DNA from: Octopus sinensis
Lineage: Eukaryota
Length of the DNA: 64,000 nucleotides
Direction: 5' to 3'
NCBI RefSeq assembly: GCF_006345805.1
Contig: NW_021831829.1
Span: forward strand, 1 to 64,000
Shown: positions 38,671 through 51,124 of the stretch, piece after piece
How the letters are laid out: every line of letters begins with the position of its first letter
Numbering within the stretch: position 1 is the stretch's first letter
Notes under the pieces: generated by a model
What the model was told of the DNA's origin: nothing
Database searches by the model: none
Seen by the model: the letters and a program-made list of their open reading frames with translations, nothing else
Position numbers and translations under genes: made by a program

Positions 38671-39162
38671 TTAATCACGAGCAAAGTAAGTTCCATGATT
38701 ATATGGGCGTTGACTATGCAGAAAATTCAAATGAGATTTAAGGCAGACAGTGTAGAATACAGAAAGGAGAATTTTACTTCCGCCTTCATCTTCTAATACA
38801 TTTGTATTAAGTTTACAGTTAACGGTAAAACTCACAATAATTGGACTGTGATTACATAAATGACAAATGAATAAAGACACAATGGCATTGCGATAAATCG
38901 GATTTATTTTAATCATAATATATTCGTAAAACAAAAGCTTCTTAATAATGTTTAGGATGTAAAGATTTCGAGGATCTTGCAAGTCTGTGAAAGTATTGAG
39001 ATGATTATAGTCAAACTGAATACCAATTATAGCAGCAACTGAGGAATTGCATAAATCGCAAAGAGCGCAGTCTCCATTATCGTTTCCTATTAGTGGTTTG
39101 GGAAATACATCAAATGGTTTTTGTCTGGAAAGAAAAACCAGGGATGCATCGGATAAGAACAC
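38671..39162 (-). CDS. 163-codon non-repetitive open frame of unknown identity (candidate exon or LINE remnant)
   Basis: This is the longest ORF in non-simple sequence. It starts at GTG and contains CALCDLC and an LRR-patterned stretch, IQFDYNHLNTFTDLQDPRNLYILNI. Confidence 0.25.
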   Translation of the reverse strand: MFLSDASLVFLSRQKPFDVFPKPLIGNDNGDCALCDLCNSSVAAIIGIQFDYNHLNTFTDLQDPRNLYILNIIKKLLFYEYIMIKINPIYRNAIVSLFICHLCNHSPIIVSFTVNCKLNTNVLEDEGGSKILLSVFYTVCLKSHLNFLHSQRPYNHGTYFARD

Positions 39163-39199
39163 ATAGAAGTTTTCATAGATAACAAGGATCTTGGCGAGT

Positions 39200-39216
39200 T
39201 AATATTATTATTATTA

Positions 39217-39268
<52 letters not shown>

Positions 39269-39450
39269 GTTGTTGTTATTATTATTGTTATTATTATTAT
39301 TATTATTATTATAATTATTATTATTATTATTATTATAATAATAATTATTATTATATTATTATTATTATTATATTTATATTATTATTATTTATATATTATT
39401 ATATTATTATTATTATTATATTATTATTATTATTATTATTATCACCATTA
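39200..39450. repeat. (AAT/ATT)n microsatellite (others at 40445-40510, 41075-41150, 41980-42075)
   Basis: Read directly from the sequence. Confidence 0.97.
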
Positions 39451-39453
39451 TTT

Positions 39454-39665
39454 AAGAGATGGCATGGCAGAATCATTAGCGCGTAGTGCGGACTGCTTAT
39501 CGGCATTCCGACTGGCGCTACGTTCTGAGCTCAAATTCCGGCGTGTTTGACTTAGCCTTCCATGCTCGGGATCGATAAAATAAGTATCAGTCAAGCACTG
39601 GGGTCAATGCAATCAACGTAAACGCTGCCCCAACATTTCAAATTTGTGCCTAAAATAGAAATCAT
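39454..39665 (+). mobile_element. SINE family A variant, degenerate
   Basis: tggcagaatcattagc...ttctgagctcaaattccg...gatcgataaaataagta. Confidence 0.75.
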
Positions 39666-39790
39666 TATTATTATTTTGTTTGCCTTTTGCTTTGTATTTG
39701 CAAATGTCGACAAGTCACAAGTTCAATATGGTGTTATGGCTAGGGTGTCATATTTTTGGTTTTGCACAGAGTATTGTTCTAGGTAATCTC
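39665..39790 (-). mobile_element. 3' UTR fragment related to the R4/Dong-like LINE at 41395-41837
   Basis: ggtgttatggctagggtgtcatatttttggttttg matches ggtgttatgcctagggtgccatatatttggttttg at ~41478. It ends in (AAT)n on the minus strand. Confidence 0.6.
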
Positions 39791-39869
39791 TGTCAGAATC
39801 TAAGAAAGTTAGAAGCTTATCTTAAAAGTACATATACTTTTCCAAGTATATATACAGTTCCCCGGCCAA

Positions 39870-40510
39870 AGATGGATATACTGGGCTTCGTATATTTTAC
39901 CCCGGTGTCACTTTGATGGCATGCACTACTCTCTTACATAATAATAATAATATGTTATCATGTTATCATGTACATTGTTTTGTCTTGGTATAAAAGATGG
40001 GCTACAGCAAATATTCTGCTCAATACCACAGATTTGTTTGTCAGTTGTTTGACCTTAACCAGTTGAGCATGTCCCTTAGTGGTTGACGATATGTGCATCT
40101 CTGACCACAACCAGAAGTAGTGGGGGAGCATCATAGCCATGTGCTGAGAGGGATTTTGGGGGGTTTGAATAATTCACCTCTGGAAACATGGGTGCTTCGT
40201 TCAACATCCTTAAACAACCCTTATTTAGGGACCTTTTGAGAGGGATGGGTTGCTCGACCAGAAAAAAATTCTAACTGCAAGGTCATGTGCTGTTTATCTT
40301 GATATGAGATCACCATGTTGCACACATACGGTTGTGATGCATGTGCCTAGTGTACCCTTATCAGATGGGTAGTCATGATGGGTACACTGGGCTTCGTATA
40401 TTTTACCCCAGTGTCACTTTAATGGCATGCACTGCTCTCTCACTCAATAATAATAATAATAATAATGATAATAATAATAATAATAACAATAATAATAATA
40501 ATAATAATAG
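39870..40510 (+). mobile_element. (AAT)n-tailed non-coding retro-like element: one short 3' piece plus a ~500-bp copy
   Basis: The 3' block ctgggcttcgtatattttaccc..gtgtcacttt.atggcatgcact.ctctct occurs at ~39879 and ~40387, each followed by (AAT)n. Confidence 0.65.
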
Positions 40511-40777
40511 GACGAAGAGTTCGATGCGATTGCAATAGATATTTTATTGGTTGAAGGGAATTTCGACAGCAAAACTGTCTTTCTCGGATTCAAATTAAAA
40601 GTGATAATAACTCAAAATTATAGAAATTCAGATCTAAAATATGAACGAGAGCAATTGGTATCAACACGTTGATGGAATGACATCATCATTCTTCAAGTTT
40701 CAATTTTGTAGCATTTCATAACTGGCGAAAAGAAAAGAACAGAAAAAAACAAGCATGCATATTGCGCTTGTTGAATG

Positions 40778-40829
<52 letters not shown>

Positions 40830-41083
40830 GAGAGAGAGAGGATGGGATTAGGATGTTAGCGGGATACAACGAAATCCATTCGCCAAGTTTCGTATTCGTG
40901 ACCTTATGCATTGATCGAATTGCTAGAGTGGTACTTATTTTGACGACCTCGAAAGGATCGCGATAGTTCCGAACATGTATGAATTTCAAACTCAAATATA
41001 ACGACGAACAATATCGCCCGAAGAAACTTGCACGATATGTTATCCATTACGCTAGCTCACCAAAAGTCAAGATGCTGATGATG

Positions 41084-41136
<53 letters not shown>

Positions 41137-41149
41137 TATGATAATAATA

Positions 41150-41360
41150 ATAGTTTCAAGTTGTGCTACACGGGCAGCAATTTTGTGGGAAGAGATAAGT
41201 CAATTACATCGACCCTAGTGTTCAAATGGTAGTTTTCCTACCGACCCCGAAAGGCTGAAAGGTAAAGTCGATCTCGGAATATTTGAACTCAGAACGTAGC
41301 GGCAGACGAAATACCGTTAAGCATTTCGTCCGAGTGTTAAACATTCTGCCAGCACGCCGC
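41150..41360 (-). mobile_element. SINE family A variant
   Basis: ccgaccccgaaaggctgaaaggtaaagtcgatc...gaactcagaacgtagcggcagacgaaatacc. Confidence 0.85.
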
Positions 41361-41394
41361 ATAAAATAATAATAATTATTATTAATTTTTTTGT

Positions 41395-41837
41395 TATTGT
41401 TATTCTATGTTTTACATTTGTACAAGTTGGCTCCAAGTCTCCAGAGACCTCAAGAGACAAGTTGGAAGTTCATGTTGGTGTTATGCCTAGGGTGCCATAT
41501 ATTTGGTTTTGTACTTAGTGCTGTACTACTGAATGGCTAAAAAAACCATACGAAAATTGTTTGTTTTAAAACTTGAGATTACATGTGAAGAGTTTTGCGT
41601 AGGATATGAGGAGTTCCCATGAGCACTATCTTTTGAATTTCTACCATTTTGAGGTTTCCTGGTATCTGAGCTAGGTAGCAATCAGCCCCGTTTGCTATCA
41701 TTCCCAGGGCATCTATGACAACAAGTATTGTTTTAGTCTTCAGGTTTCAGATTTCTATTTCAAGACCTTTATATTTGCTCAGTTTTTGGTAGGTCTTCAC
41801 AGATACGTTTATATCGATTGGGGCAGTCATATCAATG
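41395..41837 (-). mobile_element. 3' end of an R4/Dong-like non-LTR retrotransposon (restriction-like endonuclease domain plus UTR)
   Basis: 41836-41579 reads IDMTAPIDINVSVKTYQKLSKYKGLEIEI*NLKTKTILVVIDALGMIANGADCYLAQIPGNLKMVEIQKIVLMGTPHILRKTLHM*. This fits the RLE pattern ID...P.D......EKL.KY..L..E...W......P.VIGALG. Confidence 0.85.
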
Positions 41838-41842
41838 GGCCT

Positions 41843-41979
41843 CATTGATACCTAACGCAGATACCAGGAAACCCCAAAATGGCAGAAATTCAAAAGATAG
41901 TGCTCGTGGAAACTGCTCATATCCTACACAAAATACTTTCTATGTAATCTCGAGTTTTAAAACAAACATAATTTTCGTA
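41843..41979 (+). mobile_element. Inverted second copy of the same LINE C-terminus
   Basis: YLTQIPGNPKMAEIQKIVLVETAHILHKILSM*; this is the reverse complement of 41549-41684. Confidence 0.85.
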
Positions 41980-42012
41980 TTATTATCATTATAATTATTA
42001 TTATTATTATTA

Positions 42013-42061
<49 letters not shown>

Positions 42062-42139
42062 CATTATTATTATAGCAGCAGCAGTAGTTCTAGTAGTAGT
42101 AGGAGTAGGAGTAGTAGTAGTAGTAGGAGGAGGAGGAGG

Positions 42140-42285
42140 AGGAGGATGACGAGTATGCTTTCCTCTTGAGCAGCAAATAAAATTTACCGCTAAGATAGCA
42201 ACGTCAATAAAACACACAGAACTGGTAATCAAAGACTTAATGCAATCATTAAAGAATAATGGTGAATTGCATCAATTTAAACGGA
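42140..42285 (-). repeat. ~140-bp repeat anchored on a (TAG)n/(ACT)n tract; inverted partner at 45108-45240
   Basis: Both copies contain atgattgcattaag..tttgatt.c.agttctgtgtgt.tttattgacgttgctatc, and both ORF-track entries share FIDVAIL.VN. Confidence 0.8.
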
Positions 42286-42559
42286 ATATACTCGAAACAA
42301 TAGTAACTAAAATGTAATTATGCACGGTAGGTGTTAATTTCTCAGCTCTATAAGAAACAGGAATCTCTGAACAAAGTATAAATAAATATAAAATAAAATA
42401 TGTTGTAATTATCTACGAAATAAATTAAAAAGGGAATTGCATAGATAAATTTTACAGGAAAAAATAAACTGAAATGTGCTGAGTTCGAGTTATGGTAGTG
42501 AGACAAGAGATTCATGCGCAATAAAAGTTAGAGAAAACGGAAGGCATCGTCAAATGTTC

Positions 42560-42950
42560 TTATTTCTTTATTGCCCACAAGGAGCTAAACATAGAGGGGA
42601 CAAACAAGGACAGACAAAGGGGTTATGTCGATTACATCGACCCTAGTGCGTAACTGGTACTCAATTTATCGACGCCGAATGGATGAAAGGCAAAGTCTAC
42701 CTCAGCGGAATTTAAACACAGAATGTAAAGATAGACGAAATACCTATTTCTTTACTACCCACAGAGGGCTAAACACAGAGGGGACAAACAAGGACATACA
42801 AATGGATTAAGTTGATTATATCGACCCGAGTGCGTAACTGGTACTTATTTAATCGACCCCGAATGGATGAATGGCAAAGTCGACCTCGGCAGAATTTGAT
42901 CTCAGAACGTAGTCGCAGACCGGCGTGCTAGCTATTCTGCCAGCTCGCCG
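42560..42950 (-). mobile_element. SINE family A head-to-tail dimer
   Basis: Two units joined at gacgaaatac|ctatttctttac (~42743). Confidence 0.9.
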
Positions 42951-43615
42951 ATAGAGTCTACTAAGGACTTGGGGAAAACAAATAAGAAAAATATGCTGCG
43001 CGTAGAGCAAAAAAAAATTGGGGAGAAGTATAGACGGTGAAGAAATCAGTACAAGTAATAATTTCTGTAGACACAAACAAAGCTTGTTGATTAAAGTTAA
43101 GCAGAGGATGCAAAAAGCCTGGAAGCGTTATGCTTCTAAACTTGGTTTCATTAAATGTTTTGAGAATAACTACGGATCAGGTTGGCAGTAATTTTCTATG
43201 TCCAAATGTGAAATTCTAGGGAATCCTCACAGATGCCACTGTAGTTTTCAATGCATTGCCATTCGGTTGTGGTGTCTGTGAACCATACATCTGCTTTTAA
43301 AATAAATACAGCTGAGCTAACAATATTCCCGTGTTATCTTTTACGTGTTTCAGTCACTGGTCTGCGACCATGCTGGAGTACCTGGAGTATTTATTGCGTT
43401 GGAGGCGAATAAATTGCTGCATGTGCTAATGTTTTAAGCCAGCTGTTTAGTGAGTATGTTCCTTTTTGTCCACCCAATAAGTTGCGAGTAGAAATAAGAG
43501 TCGTTTTGACTCTTATTTCTTGCAATTCTGTTACCACTGTCACTTCAGTGACATATATTAATATGCCTTTAGGTTGTTAAATTGCTAAGTCACCAGATTA
43601 TATATGCATATATAT

Positions 43616-43666
<51 letters not shown>

Positions 43667-44123
43667 CATATAAATAAAAGAGGCAGGTAACAGGTTGCTT
43701 AGCCACATACCGAAAAATTAGAAATAGCAGTCACAGACTGTATATTTCTATTTTCTACAAATGAGACTCCACATACGATATATCCCTGTAATTCACATAT
43801 GCAAAACAGAAGGAAGAAGTAACGAAAGCAAAGTCTAATGGTTATTTACGAACGTGTTTCTAGATTAGGAATATATTATAAATGCCATGTCTTTCATCAG
43901 CGTAAACCTCCACTAAAATAGATTTATCAAATGCTACGTACCTCCTCTTCTCAATCAGGCGACATCGAAAGGCCTCTTTTATTTATATACAAAATATATA
44001 TTGAACTTTTATAGAAGTTCCTACCGTTAATGGTTATATTTACATGCCGAAATCTAGCCGTAAATAATTGTTGTTTTTTTTAAAAACCATTAAAGTTATT
44101 ATTTACTCTTATTATATTATATT

Positions 44124-44161
<38 letters not shown>

Positions 44162-44166
44162 GACAC

Positions 44167-44261
<95 letters not shown>

Positions 44262-45107
44262 TTTAGAGATAGTAAGCTCCTTCATCCCACCATATAAAAG
44301 AATTATAATTTAAATACTTACTACTTTACAACTTGGCTACACGTGTTTCTTGAGGTACATTTCCCGGTTCCTTAACCACGCTGTATTTTGCTGGAACCAT
44401 TCATAAAATATAACCCCAATCATCAGGTCCCTATATCACTTTCTCCTAGTTTGATACTATAAACAATATTTTAATATTTTAAACAAATAAGTATGTGTAA
44501 AATAGGTTCGCCGGACCCTGCTGTATAAGCCATAATTTAATTCAAAGAAAAAATTACAAAAATTAAATTAAAAAAATAAAGATGAAAATAAAAAATATGA
44601 ATAAAAATAAAAAATTAAAATTTACAAAAACTATTTTCTTACGTAACAATTGGCAAGCTTTGTGATTGTACAGAAATTATCATCTGTAATGATTTTTACA
44701 CCATCTATACTTCTCCCAAAATATATTCTACTGATCTCGCTCTTTGCGCAGCATATTTTTCTATTTTCTTTTCTCTCAGTTCTTACTAAAATCTATCTGC
44801 AAATACTTACATAATATACTCAGAAATCTGACGTCGATTTTCGGTCACTCTAACTCATTATATTTTGGGCATGAATCCCTTGTCTCATTTTCATAACTTC
44901 GCACATTTAGTTTTTTTTTTATATATTCCTGCAAAATTTATCTATGCAACTCCCTTTTTAATTTATTTCGTAGATGATGACAACATATTAATTTATTTCA
45001 TATTTGTTTATACGTTGTTTAGAGATTCCTGTTTCTAACAGAGCTGGGAAACTAACACCTTCCGTGCATAATTACTTTTAGTTACCATTGTTTCAAATAT
45101 ATTCCGC

Positions 45108-45240
45108 TTAAATTAGTGCAATTGTTTGATATTCATTTATGATTGCATTAAGAGTTTGATTGCAAGTTCTGTGTGTGTTTATTGACGTTGCTATCCTATC
45201 GGTAAATATATTTGCTGGTCTCGTGAAAAGTATACTACTA
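45108..45240 (+). repeat. Partner of the 42140-42285 repeat, followed by (ACT)n
   Basis: See 42140. Confidence 0.8.
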
Positions 45241-45296
45241 CTACTACTACTACTACTACTATTACTACTATTACTAATACTACTACTAATTATTAA

Positions 45297-45493
45297 GGCG
45301 GGAAGCTGGCACGATCGTTCGCACGCCGAATGGACAATAGTTAGCGGCATTTCTCCCGTCTACACGTTTTCAATTCAAATTGTGCGGCGATTGAGTTTGC
45401 TGTAGATACCAGTTTAATATTGGTGTCGATGTACTCAATTTACGCCCCCCTCCCCAAAATTGATGACCAGGTGCCAACATTTGAGACTGTTAT
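45297..45493 (+). mobile_element. SINE family A variant, degenerate
   Basis: ggcgggaagctggcacgatcgtt...ggtgtcgatgtactc...aacatttgagactgttatt. Confidence 0.7.
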
Positions 45494-45521
45494 TATTTTA
45501 TCATCATATGCATGTGTGTCA

Positions 45522-45582
<61 letters not shown>

Positions 45583-46404
45583 TGTGTGTATGTATGTATG
45601 TATGTCTTGTAGACAAAGAGAGAAATGAATAGATAACTATATTAGAAGGAAGAAAGAATTATATATTGGAGAGAGGAATTAAGGGATTTTTATTAACAAC
45701 TAGAGTAGATGTAGGGAAGGAAATACAAAAAGAAAAAGAGAAAAAGATAATAATGAGTGCTAGATGCTGCTGAAGATATTATAAGGAGGAGAACTATCAA
45801 CAGATAAAAGGAACAAGAGGAGGGATAGAAAGAAGAGATAAGAAGATAAGAAAGGTGCATGTGTGAGACGTTGGCGGTGGTGGGGGTATGTGTAGAAAAA
45901 CACTGAGGGGGGAGATAGATAAAGAATATGGTACAGAGGGGAGAGGGGTACTAAATGTGAGTAGCAAACGTCATATTCTTGCTATCATCACTTCTAAAAT
46001 GTGTGGCTGGTTCTACACAAGCCTTCGACACTCGAATCAAACATATGTGTGGGTTTCCTGGCAACGTACATTTATCCATTCAATACGACACAGCTTCAGC
46101 TTTCAAAAATCAAGATGTCCTCTGGTGGGAGATTGAAAGGGGCAGGGACAGGTAAATGATATTACTTGGATCCTCTACACAGTCGGCGACCATTGGGTGA
46201 TGGCCGTTCCAGCACAGACCTTGTGAGTAAATGTACTGTCCGTGTACTCCAGTGGAGACAAAGGACATCTATTTAGACACAGCACTGCTTCCCCAGCTGT
46301 GAGAGGGGCGAGAAAAGGAGCCTCAAACATTGCTTACTCACATTAAACTATGTGCGATGGATAAATTGTCGCCATTTTACATTTTTTATTTCATGTATGT
46401 GCAT

Positions 46405-47218
46405 CGTTTGTTTTTGGTTTTGTCGACTACACGGTATAGTAGGGTCAGTTGGGTACCGTCTGCGAATAACACAGCACCAAGAGGCAATTCACTCTGCGAG
46501 AAGTTTGGAAAAGGCATGCCGTACCCCTTGGCATTCACACCGGACGCTCAAATACGAACATTTCAGAGTATTTGAGAGTCACTCTGAGGACATGTACCGA
46601 GAGCGACAAAAATCAAACATCCAGTCAATATGGTGTTCCGAGCGATCACTTGTGATAGCGACATTATGTCTCCATTCATCACCGCACATGACCTATGACG
46701 CAATACACAGGCCTACATCAAATGCTTTACATGAGTTAATGCTTGCTGCTCTAAATGAAGAGAGTGGCTGTTGGAAAACCCCATGTCTGGCAACAAGACT
46801 CTGCACCATACCACACAAGCAAGAGAACCCAGTCATGGCTGTAAGACGATTTCTGCGACCACATCACCCCTAACATCTGGGCATCTAGCTCCCCACACTG
46901 CACCCGCTTTATTATTATGTGGGGGGCGCAGTTGAGTGAGAGACCACCAAAACTCCTTGTAACACTAAAGATGAACTGAAGGCAAGGATTATGGCAGTAT
47001 TCACCAGCTAAACAAGGAGACCGACCAGAAGAGTTGCAGAGATTCCGAAGACATCTGGATGCCGTGGTTGAAGCCAATGGCGATTTTATTGCATAAATTT
47101 ATCTTTATCATTTGAAAATATTTTTATGTAATTTTGGTAAATATGTCTGTTAAAATGAAATGTCAGTGTTATTTTCATTTTTGCGTAATTTAGACGACAA
47201 TATATTCACGACACCCTG
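46405..47218 (+). mobile_element. mariner-like (maT/DD37D-type) relic with internal deletion; same family as 4382-5427
   Basis: WKRHAV...RSNTNISEYL is followed by a jump to KIKHPVN, then PHVWQQDSAPYHTSKRTQSWL and RHLDAVVEANGDFI. The TIR is ...tattcacgacaccctg|TA. Confidence 0.9.
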
Positions 47219-47579
47219 TATATGTATATACTGTGTTAACGTTCTCCGACCTCTTAAATGCAGCATTTGTGTTCTGAAACTGTTGACACCGCCTTAGGGT
47301 ATGATACTGTCCAGTGTCAAGACCATAACAGTATTTGTAATGGCACCTGCAGATGCATGTATGTTTCATGTACTTGTGTGTGAATCTTTTGTATCTTGCG
47401 TATCTGAGTTTGTAAGCTGCCCTTCTCTGTATTTCTATTTCTAGTTTTCGTAGGATTAAAATTAATTATGGGTTATTGCTTACAGGGTTTATGGTGGTTT
47501 TGTTGCATCTATAAGAATAAATGTACGTGCGTTTGTGTATATCATATGCATATTAGTATATCTAAGTTTTGATGGAGAG

Positions 47580-47628
47580 ATAGCTATCTAGATAGATAAA
47601 TAGATAGATAGATAGATAGATAGGTAGG

Positions 47629-47684
<56 letters not shown>

Positions 47685-47720
47685 AATATAGAAAGGTAGG
47701 TAGGTAGGTTGGTAAGTAGG

Positions 47721-47760
<40 letters not shown>

Positions 47761-47785
47761 CAGATAGACAGATAGATAGATAGAT

Positions 47786-47825
<40 letters not shown>

Positions 47826-47935
47826 ATAGATAAATAAATAGATGAAGAGATAGATAGATAGATAGATAGATGGATGGATAGATAGATAGATACATAGATA
47901 GATAGGTAGGTAGATAGATAGATAGATAGATAGAG
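47580..47935. repeat. (GATA)n microsatellite
   Basis: Read directly from the sequence. Confidence 0.98.
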
Positions 47936-48402
47936 AGAGAGAGGGGGGGGGTTATGTCTTTTGGCCATTTATATCGACGAGGAGAAAATATTATACGTTC
48001 TTAGGAATGAAATTCACTGTTAACTTCACCGTATTTAGTGCAGAAAATTTATGGTAGTCTCTTTGGAAACCTATAAACAACGATGTAAATTTCACAATTT
48101 GCCAAATATGAACAAGTATACAACTTATTTAGATGAATCGAGAAATATTTATATAATGATGGAAAGAAAATTATGAAGTAAAGTCTTTATCTAACATTGA
48201 TGGTCTTAATTTAATAATTCGAACTCATTTCTCAAATTTCTATATTTTCATTGCCTTTACCAAAAGCATCAGCTGTGCTTTGACGTGATATGAACTGCAG
48301 AGACTTGCTTCGTCGCTATTTCTCTGTTTTAAATTTAAAATAACAAATGCAGATCTGCCAATATTCTGGGTCAATAATGAAAACATTGTCCACTTCTCTT
48401 AC

Positions 48403-48481
48403 ATCAATAATATACCCTCTCCCATGAGCAAAACATGAGAAACACAATAGGATATCCCGCCAGATATCAATATGTGACCTT
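48403..48481 (-). other. Candidate 79-nt exon
   Basis: Acceptor ttgatttctttcatatgcag| and donor |gtaaga, with two frames open (GHILISGGISYCVSHVLLMGEGILL or RSHIDIWRDILLCFSCFAHGRGYIID). No homology was recognised. Confidence 0.15.
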
Positions 48482-50072
48482 CTGCATATGAAAGAAATCA
48501 ATATATTTTTGTTGGTTCTTCGTTTCATTTCACCATTTCCTTTTATCTCTCTCAAATTTCGTGAGTCGATGAACAGAAATATTTTCCTATATCCTTTTAT
48601 GTTTTAGAACTCGCTTCTTTTTGCTTCTAGACATCGACCAGTGTGGCCCATTTTGTATCTAGATTCATAAATTTAAACTAATACTTCAATATGTTAAATC
48701 GATGTAAATGCAAGTAAGTTACCATCTTTTATTTTTCAAAAAATGTATCTTTGCTTTATTATAGACAATATTCATAATTCAATGGCTGTCTGATTATATG
48801 AATTAGTAGTAAAATTTGTATTTCTTCTAACTGTTTCTTTTTTTTTTTTAGATTTGCTTTTAACAACAAACGGCAGACATTTATTTGTTATTCATTTGTA
48901 TTTCCATTAAATGCTTCTCGGGAAATTACTTATACTCAATTGAGTTTTAGATTTTAAATAATTTGAGTTCATATATTTTTCTTATTTCGACCGAAAGATT
49001 GCTTTGACTATCATAACAGACATGTTACGTATCTCTCTAATTATAGCATTTTAAGCACATTGTCTTGCATCTATGTCTGTCAAAACTAATAATTTCCCAG
49101 GGGTAACGACCCTTCACTAAAGTATTAGCGCCCTTATCGTGCATTAAAGTACGAATAGTTTCAAGAATATACGTCCTTCACATTTTTAGGTAACTTCATG
49201 TAGGTGAGATTTATGAGGATGGTTTTTGGTTTACAAATTTATCGGTCAACATCAACATGAAAATCATCGGAGGAGAGGGAATTCCAGATGACTGACCTTT
49301 TGACGAAGTAAGATTGAGAAGATGGCTAGAGTTTGGTATGAGCGAAAATACTGGAAATATATAAGGAGAGGTATGCATATAACACCTGAGTAGCAGATTG
49401 TTATGGTGGAAGTAGAAAGGGTTAATTATAAACGCAATGTGTCTGTAAGCTGCGGTTCAGAGTCTGTTACGTTTCGAAAGTTTGCCAGTTAATTGGATCA
49501 CTTTCCGTTCTGTTTCTCTACTCAATGTGTAGCCTGATTACGTACGTGGGAGCTAATATTCCTTTGGAACTTACAGGAACTTTGTAGGGAACAGAAGTAA
49601 ACTCTAGTTCTGAAGAGGAAACTTGATGTTTGGGAAGTAGTTTGTACTATGCTATGTACATACCATGCTTAGTAATTTGAGGCCTAAAACTTTTAACGAC
49701 TTTAAGGCTTTGGATATTACCTAGAACGGATAACAACGAAAAATATAATATTGTTTCTATTAAGTGCGTAGTGAATCTGTCCTGTTGTTGCACAATAAAA
49801 TATTGTTAATATCTCCAGTATTTACCAAACGCAGTATCAGTTTTAATTAAATTACAGAATGTTAAGTGTGAAAACTGTCATACATTTAGTATGGTAAACT
49901 AGAATTTCAAATATACAGGTTGTTTAAATTAAATGCAAACGATGGAGAATATATTCGGAAAATACCTGAATTCTAAGAAAATGGTCATAGCCTGCATCCG
50001 AAAGCTACTTGAACATTTCGATAAGCTCACTACCCTGACAAGTGTATAACCTAAATTTTCGGACTCATTATA

Positions 50073-50509
50073 GATTTAATTCTAAATTTTGGCACAAGCC
50101 AGGAATTTGGGAGAAGAGGATATGTCGATTACATCGACCCCGATACTCAACGAGTACGTATTTTATCGGCCCCAAAAGGGACCGCGGTGAAATTTGGACT
50201 CAGAACATGAAGACGGACGAAAAATCCTTAAGAATTTCGCCCGGCGTGCTTAACGATTTTGCAAGCTCGCCGGCTTTTATCTTATTTATAGATATTGATT
50301 TCAAATTTTGGCACAGGATCAGCTAGTTCAAGGGAGAAATTAAGTCGATTACGTTGACGCCAGTGCTTAACTGGAACTTATTTTATCGACCCCGAAGGTA
50401 TGAAAGGGAAAGTCGACGTCGGCCGGATTTCAACTCAAAACACGAAGACGGACGAAACACTGCTAAGTATTTTACCCGGCGTGCTAACGATCCTGCCGGC
50501 TCCCCGCCT
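50073..50509 (-). mobile_element. Two SINE family A variant copies in tandem
   Basis: Each has the core gaccccgaa.g...aaagtcgac and the alternative tail aaattttggcaca. Confidence 0.8.
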
Positions 50510-50576
50510 CAGATCTTCTTATAGATAATATTAGCTTCCTTGACTGTACCTTGAAATACTGTTTGTTTTTATAAGT

Positions 50577-50979
50577 ATACTAGCAGTATCGCCCGGCGTT
50601 GCTCGGGTTTGTAAGGGAAATAACTATATAAGCATTTTTAGAGAGTTATAGCCAAAAAATAGCAAAATAAATGCATTAAAAATGGAAAAAAAATTATGGT
50701 AATTTTTTTTTTAAATCGTTGACTCATCGTAGACATTTTTAGAGAGTTACTTCCCTTATATAATAACGAAAAAATGCATTAAAATGGAAAAAAATGATGG
50801 TAAATTATTTTTAAAATCGTAGACACATCGTAGACGCGCGCTAATACCCAGAAGGGCTCGATATGAATCACGACTATAAGATACCCGGTTTTGGTTAAAC
50901 TGCACCGCAAAATGTGGGAGTAGTTATGAATCTAAATCGTAGGAGACAGACACACAACTTCACTTTTATATATAAAGAT
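50577..50979 (+). mobile_element. Non-autonomous Helitron/Helentron-type element, second copy
   Basis: Near-identical to 13286-13687. Confidence 0.75.
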
Positions 50980-51124
50980 ATAAATGGGAAATCTAGTAGT
51001 TTTAATAGAGAAATAGACTTGCGAATTTATACAAGTTTTTGTCAGTGTTGTTACCGTTGCTTTTGTAATTGCCGTTGCTATTGCTGTTGTTTTTGTTGTT
51101 GTGTTTGTTTTTGTGGTTTAGTTA

